From: Octopus bimaculoides
Taxonomy: Eukaryota
Reading direction: 5' to 3'
DNA: 64,000 bases
NCBI RefSeq assembly: GCF_001194135.2
Contig: NC_068985.1
Location: forward strand, 20,691,329-20,755,328
The notes beneath the pieces were generated by a model. It saw only the letters and a list, made by a program, of their open reading frames with translations. It was not told the DNA's origin and searched no databases. Position numbers and translations under genes: made by a program. Shown here in pieces: positions 61,135 through 64,000 of the stretch (position 1 is the stretch's first letter; every line of letters starts with the position of its first letter).

Positions 61135-61503
61135 GATATATGCATATATCCATACATATATGTACATACCTACATCTATATGTATACATATATGTATATA
61201 TGGGTACAGGACATCACAAAAAAATGTTAAACACAATGAGAAATGAAAACAGAAAACGAACTTGTTTTCGAACAACGTAAAAAAACAGAGAAACGAGACA
61301 TGCAACATGAAGAATATCTCCCTTCATCAGTTGTCCCTGTCCATCTACTCCGCAGGGACAACTGATGAAGGGAAATATTCTTCATGTTGCATGTCTCATT
61401 TCTCATTGTGTTTAACATTTTTTTGTGATGTCCTGTACCCATATATGCATGTATGTATACATATAGATGTAGGTATGTACATATATGTATGGATATATGC
61501 ATA

Positions 61504-61507
<4 letters not shown>
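61135..61507. mobile_element. Foldback of two near-identical arms of a TA-associated (Penelope-like) repeat
   Basis: 61135-61339 is the reverse complement of 61353-61507, except for about 50 bp missing from the right arm. 13-nt loop TCCATCTACTCCG. Confidence 0.9.
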
Positions 61508-61597
<90 letters not shown>

Positions 61598-62414
61598 TAT
61601 AACAAGGCAGTGCTGTAGCATGGCCACAGTCCAATGATTGAAACAAGTAAATACTAAAGGTAAGGCATATAAATTGGAAGGGAATGATTTAAGGCAAATT
61701 TGACAGATATTTTTAGCAGGTCGTGTGACTGCATAGTCGCTGATAATAAATTAAGGTAAAAGTAGGCAAAGGATCACTTAAGAGAGTTTTGGTAAAAGAA
61801 GTATTAATAATGGGAGACTACTATAGAAAGTAATGCCAATGAGCTGTTTCAGCTATGCTAAAGTAATCAGCTGTAAAACTGATGTTGAAAATAATAATAA
61901 CTACTGAGTATAAAGTTCAGCTGCTGTGAATGATAGTGGTAGTTTGATTTTCTTTCTATTTCTTCCATTCCCTTTTCTCTCAATTCTGTTGTCTCTGCTT
62001 TCTTTGGCTCTACTTCCATGTTTATAGTTTCTAAAACAGAAAATTTTTTTTTTTTTCAGAAAAATTAAAATATCACCTGTAGATTTAAAATGTATTAGTC
62101 TTTTATAGTACAGATTTTACAATTAATTTGATTCATTGGTTTTATTGATTCTGAAACAGTCAAATGTTTTTAAATGGAAAAAATGAATATATTAAAATGA
62201 AACTAATCACTTAATTTGTTCAATAGTTTTTTTGTTTTTTTTTGTTTTGTTTTTACATTTAAAAGTTAAATCTATGATTCTTCAGTAATATCGACATTGT
62301 CATAGCAACACACCTACACTGTGACAGCCAACCTGTGTAGGTGTTACTCATGAGCTATAACCATTACTAGACTTCATTATCATTTCGTTATATTGCCAAC
62401 ATCTAAGATATAAT

Positions 62415-62429
62415 AATAATGATAATAAT

Positions 62430-62461
<32 letters not shown>

Positions 62462-62465
62462 CTAA
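62415..62465. repeat. (AAT)n(AAC)n microsatellite
   Basis: Seen directly. Confidence 0.93.
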
Positions 62466-63109
62466 TGATAATTTCATGATTTTTTTTCTCAGTTTACAAC
62501 AATGTTCATGAATAGTAAATATTATCACTTTGGTACATATTTACCAGAAAGACCAAGTAAATTATTTTCTTTGTAAGATGAGACTAGAATAATGTTAAAA
62601 TCAAAAATTATAATTCAAAGCTTCTGATATTAATCGATTTGGATTTTTCTTCTCATAAGTTTTCTGGGTTGTCTATCTCCTTAAAAGAAAAATTCTGGAT
62701 ATTACAAAATTTATTTTAATATTATCTATATTAAAATAAATTTTAATATAGATAATAACTTTTAATATAGATAATTGAATGAAAAAAAGTAGCCTCAGTC
62801 ATCTTCTTGCCAATCAAACACTTAGGAGCACTCGACAATTTCTGGGTACTGACTGGATTTCACTCTACTCTGAAACCATGTTACATGCTGTCATGGAGTC
62901 CTTCATGTGCTGGGTAGCAGTTAGACCATATTGTAGCAGCTGGCCAATCAAAATGTGCAAATGGAGGTAGTAGCAGTAGCAATATACTTCACAGTGGTAT
63001 AATAGGCTTAATTTCTCAGAATTTTTTACCTGCAATTGACAATCAAAGAATGGAGTTTAGGCTTAGAGAAAGAACTATTTTATAAACATTTTCATATCGG
63101 TTTCAAATT

Positions 63110-63515
63110 TTGGGAAAGGCCAGCATTTTCTGGGTGGGGATAAGTGAATTACATCAACATCAGTGTTCAACTGGTACTTATTTAATCAACCCCAATGAGA
63201 AGTCCGTCTTGCGGTATCCGATCCTTGAAGCTTGCCCCGACCCAAAGTACACCAGGAATAGCAGCTGCTTCTCCCAAACCTTCCCAAACCTAGACCGTCG
63301 CTTAACACGTCTTGTCCTGACCGCAGCCCCGTTCGAAAAGGGCACGAATGCTGATCGAGGCTCCCTCTGCCCTTTTTCCCCTTCCGGTCGACTCGCCCTT
63401 CCAGTCAGCCTCCCCAGACACTGACGTCACACCACAACCTCAGCAAAATTTAAACTCAGAATGAATAAACAGACAAAATGCTACTAAGCATTTTTTCCAG
63501 CATGCTAATGACTCT
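63110..63515 (-). mobile_element. Family B SINE interrupted by a GC-rich insert at about 63201-63432
   Basis: The SINE halves ..ACTGGTACTTATTTAATCAACCCCAATGAGA and ACAACCTCAGCAAAATTTAAACTCAGAATG.. flank an unrelated sequence. Confidence 0.8.
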
Positions 63516-63763
63516 ACCACCTTGCTTCCTTTGTAGACATTTTCATATTAATACTTACTTTGGTTTGTATGAATATATGAAGAGTGACCATTGCTATAAA
63601 TATAATATTGATGCCAAAAACTGTAAACCTGCAGCTCTTTTGCAAGATATCAAAAACTTACCACTGAAAATAAATCCTGTGCGGTGAATAGCCCAGGGTT
63701 TACTTGTTATATGCTGAGAACTTCCAACTCCATCATATTTTATTTTTAGTTTATATATATGTA

Positions 63764-64000
63764 TCATCATCATCATCATCATCGTTTAACGTCCGCTTTC
63801 CATGCTAGCATGGGTTGGACGATTTGACTGAGGACTGGTGAAACCGGATGGCAACACCAGGCTCCAGTCTGATTTGGCAGAGTTTCTACAGCTGGATGCC
63901 CTTCCTAACGCCAACCACTCAGAGAGTGTAGTGGGTGCTTTTACGTGTCACCTGCACGAAAACGGCCACGCTCGAAATGGTGTCTTTTATGTGCCACCCG
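63764..64000 (-). mobile_element. Young family C element, (GAT)n tail, continues past the window end
   Basis: (ATC)n GTTTAACGTCCGCTTTCCATGCTAGCATGGGTTGGACG...GTGTCTTTTATGTGCCACCCG, with CpGs intact. Confidence 0.95.

Noticed and set aside
62296-62309. RFX X-box-like ATTGTCATAGCAAC (similar motif near 10375)
   Set aside because: Mismatch at a conserved position and no promoter context, so expected by chance.

Overview
AT-rich, repeat-dense eukaryotic DNA from a gapped short-read assembly (11 N-runs, about 4.7 kb). The tRNA-derived SINE families, (GAT)n-tailed repeats and very dense (TA)n/(CA)n/(GA)n/(TATC)n microsatellites match what I recall of an octopus genome. That assignment is inferred from recalled repeat families, not from a database search. 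Almost all ORFs in the supplied track are microsatellite or N-gap artefacts, or antisense shadows. I could not name any host gene. Several small splice-signal-flanked candidate exons exist, and a CpG-rich, promoter-like zone lies at about 39.9-41.5 kb, followed by a CpG-retaining interval to about 46 kb. Well-supported content is transposon-derived: five SINE-like families in dozens of copies; a maT/DD37D Tc1-mariner fragment; a pogo relic; two R4/Dong-like REL-endonuclease LINE fragments; two RTE fragments; a probable Vingi/Ingi-like LINE; a possible Merlin relic; two Helentron-associated (HINE-like) elements; and Penelope-like pieces. The most unusual signals are (i) many unrelated 90-540 bp foldback elements sitting in (TA)n tracts, including a back-to-back cluster at 12.0-13.04 kb with a perfect zero-spacer 264-bp palindrome, and (ii) type I hammerhead ribozyme motifs, the best at 44.19-44.28 kb. 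Repeat boundaries are approximate (about +/-10-20 bp) unless stated to the base.
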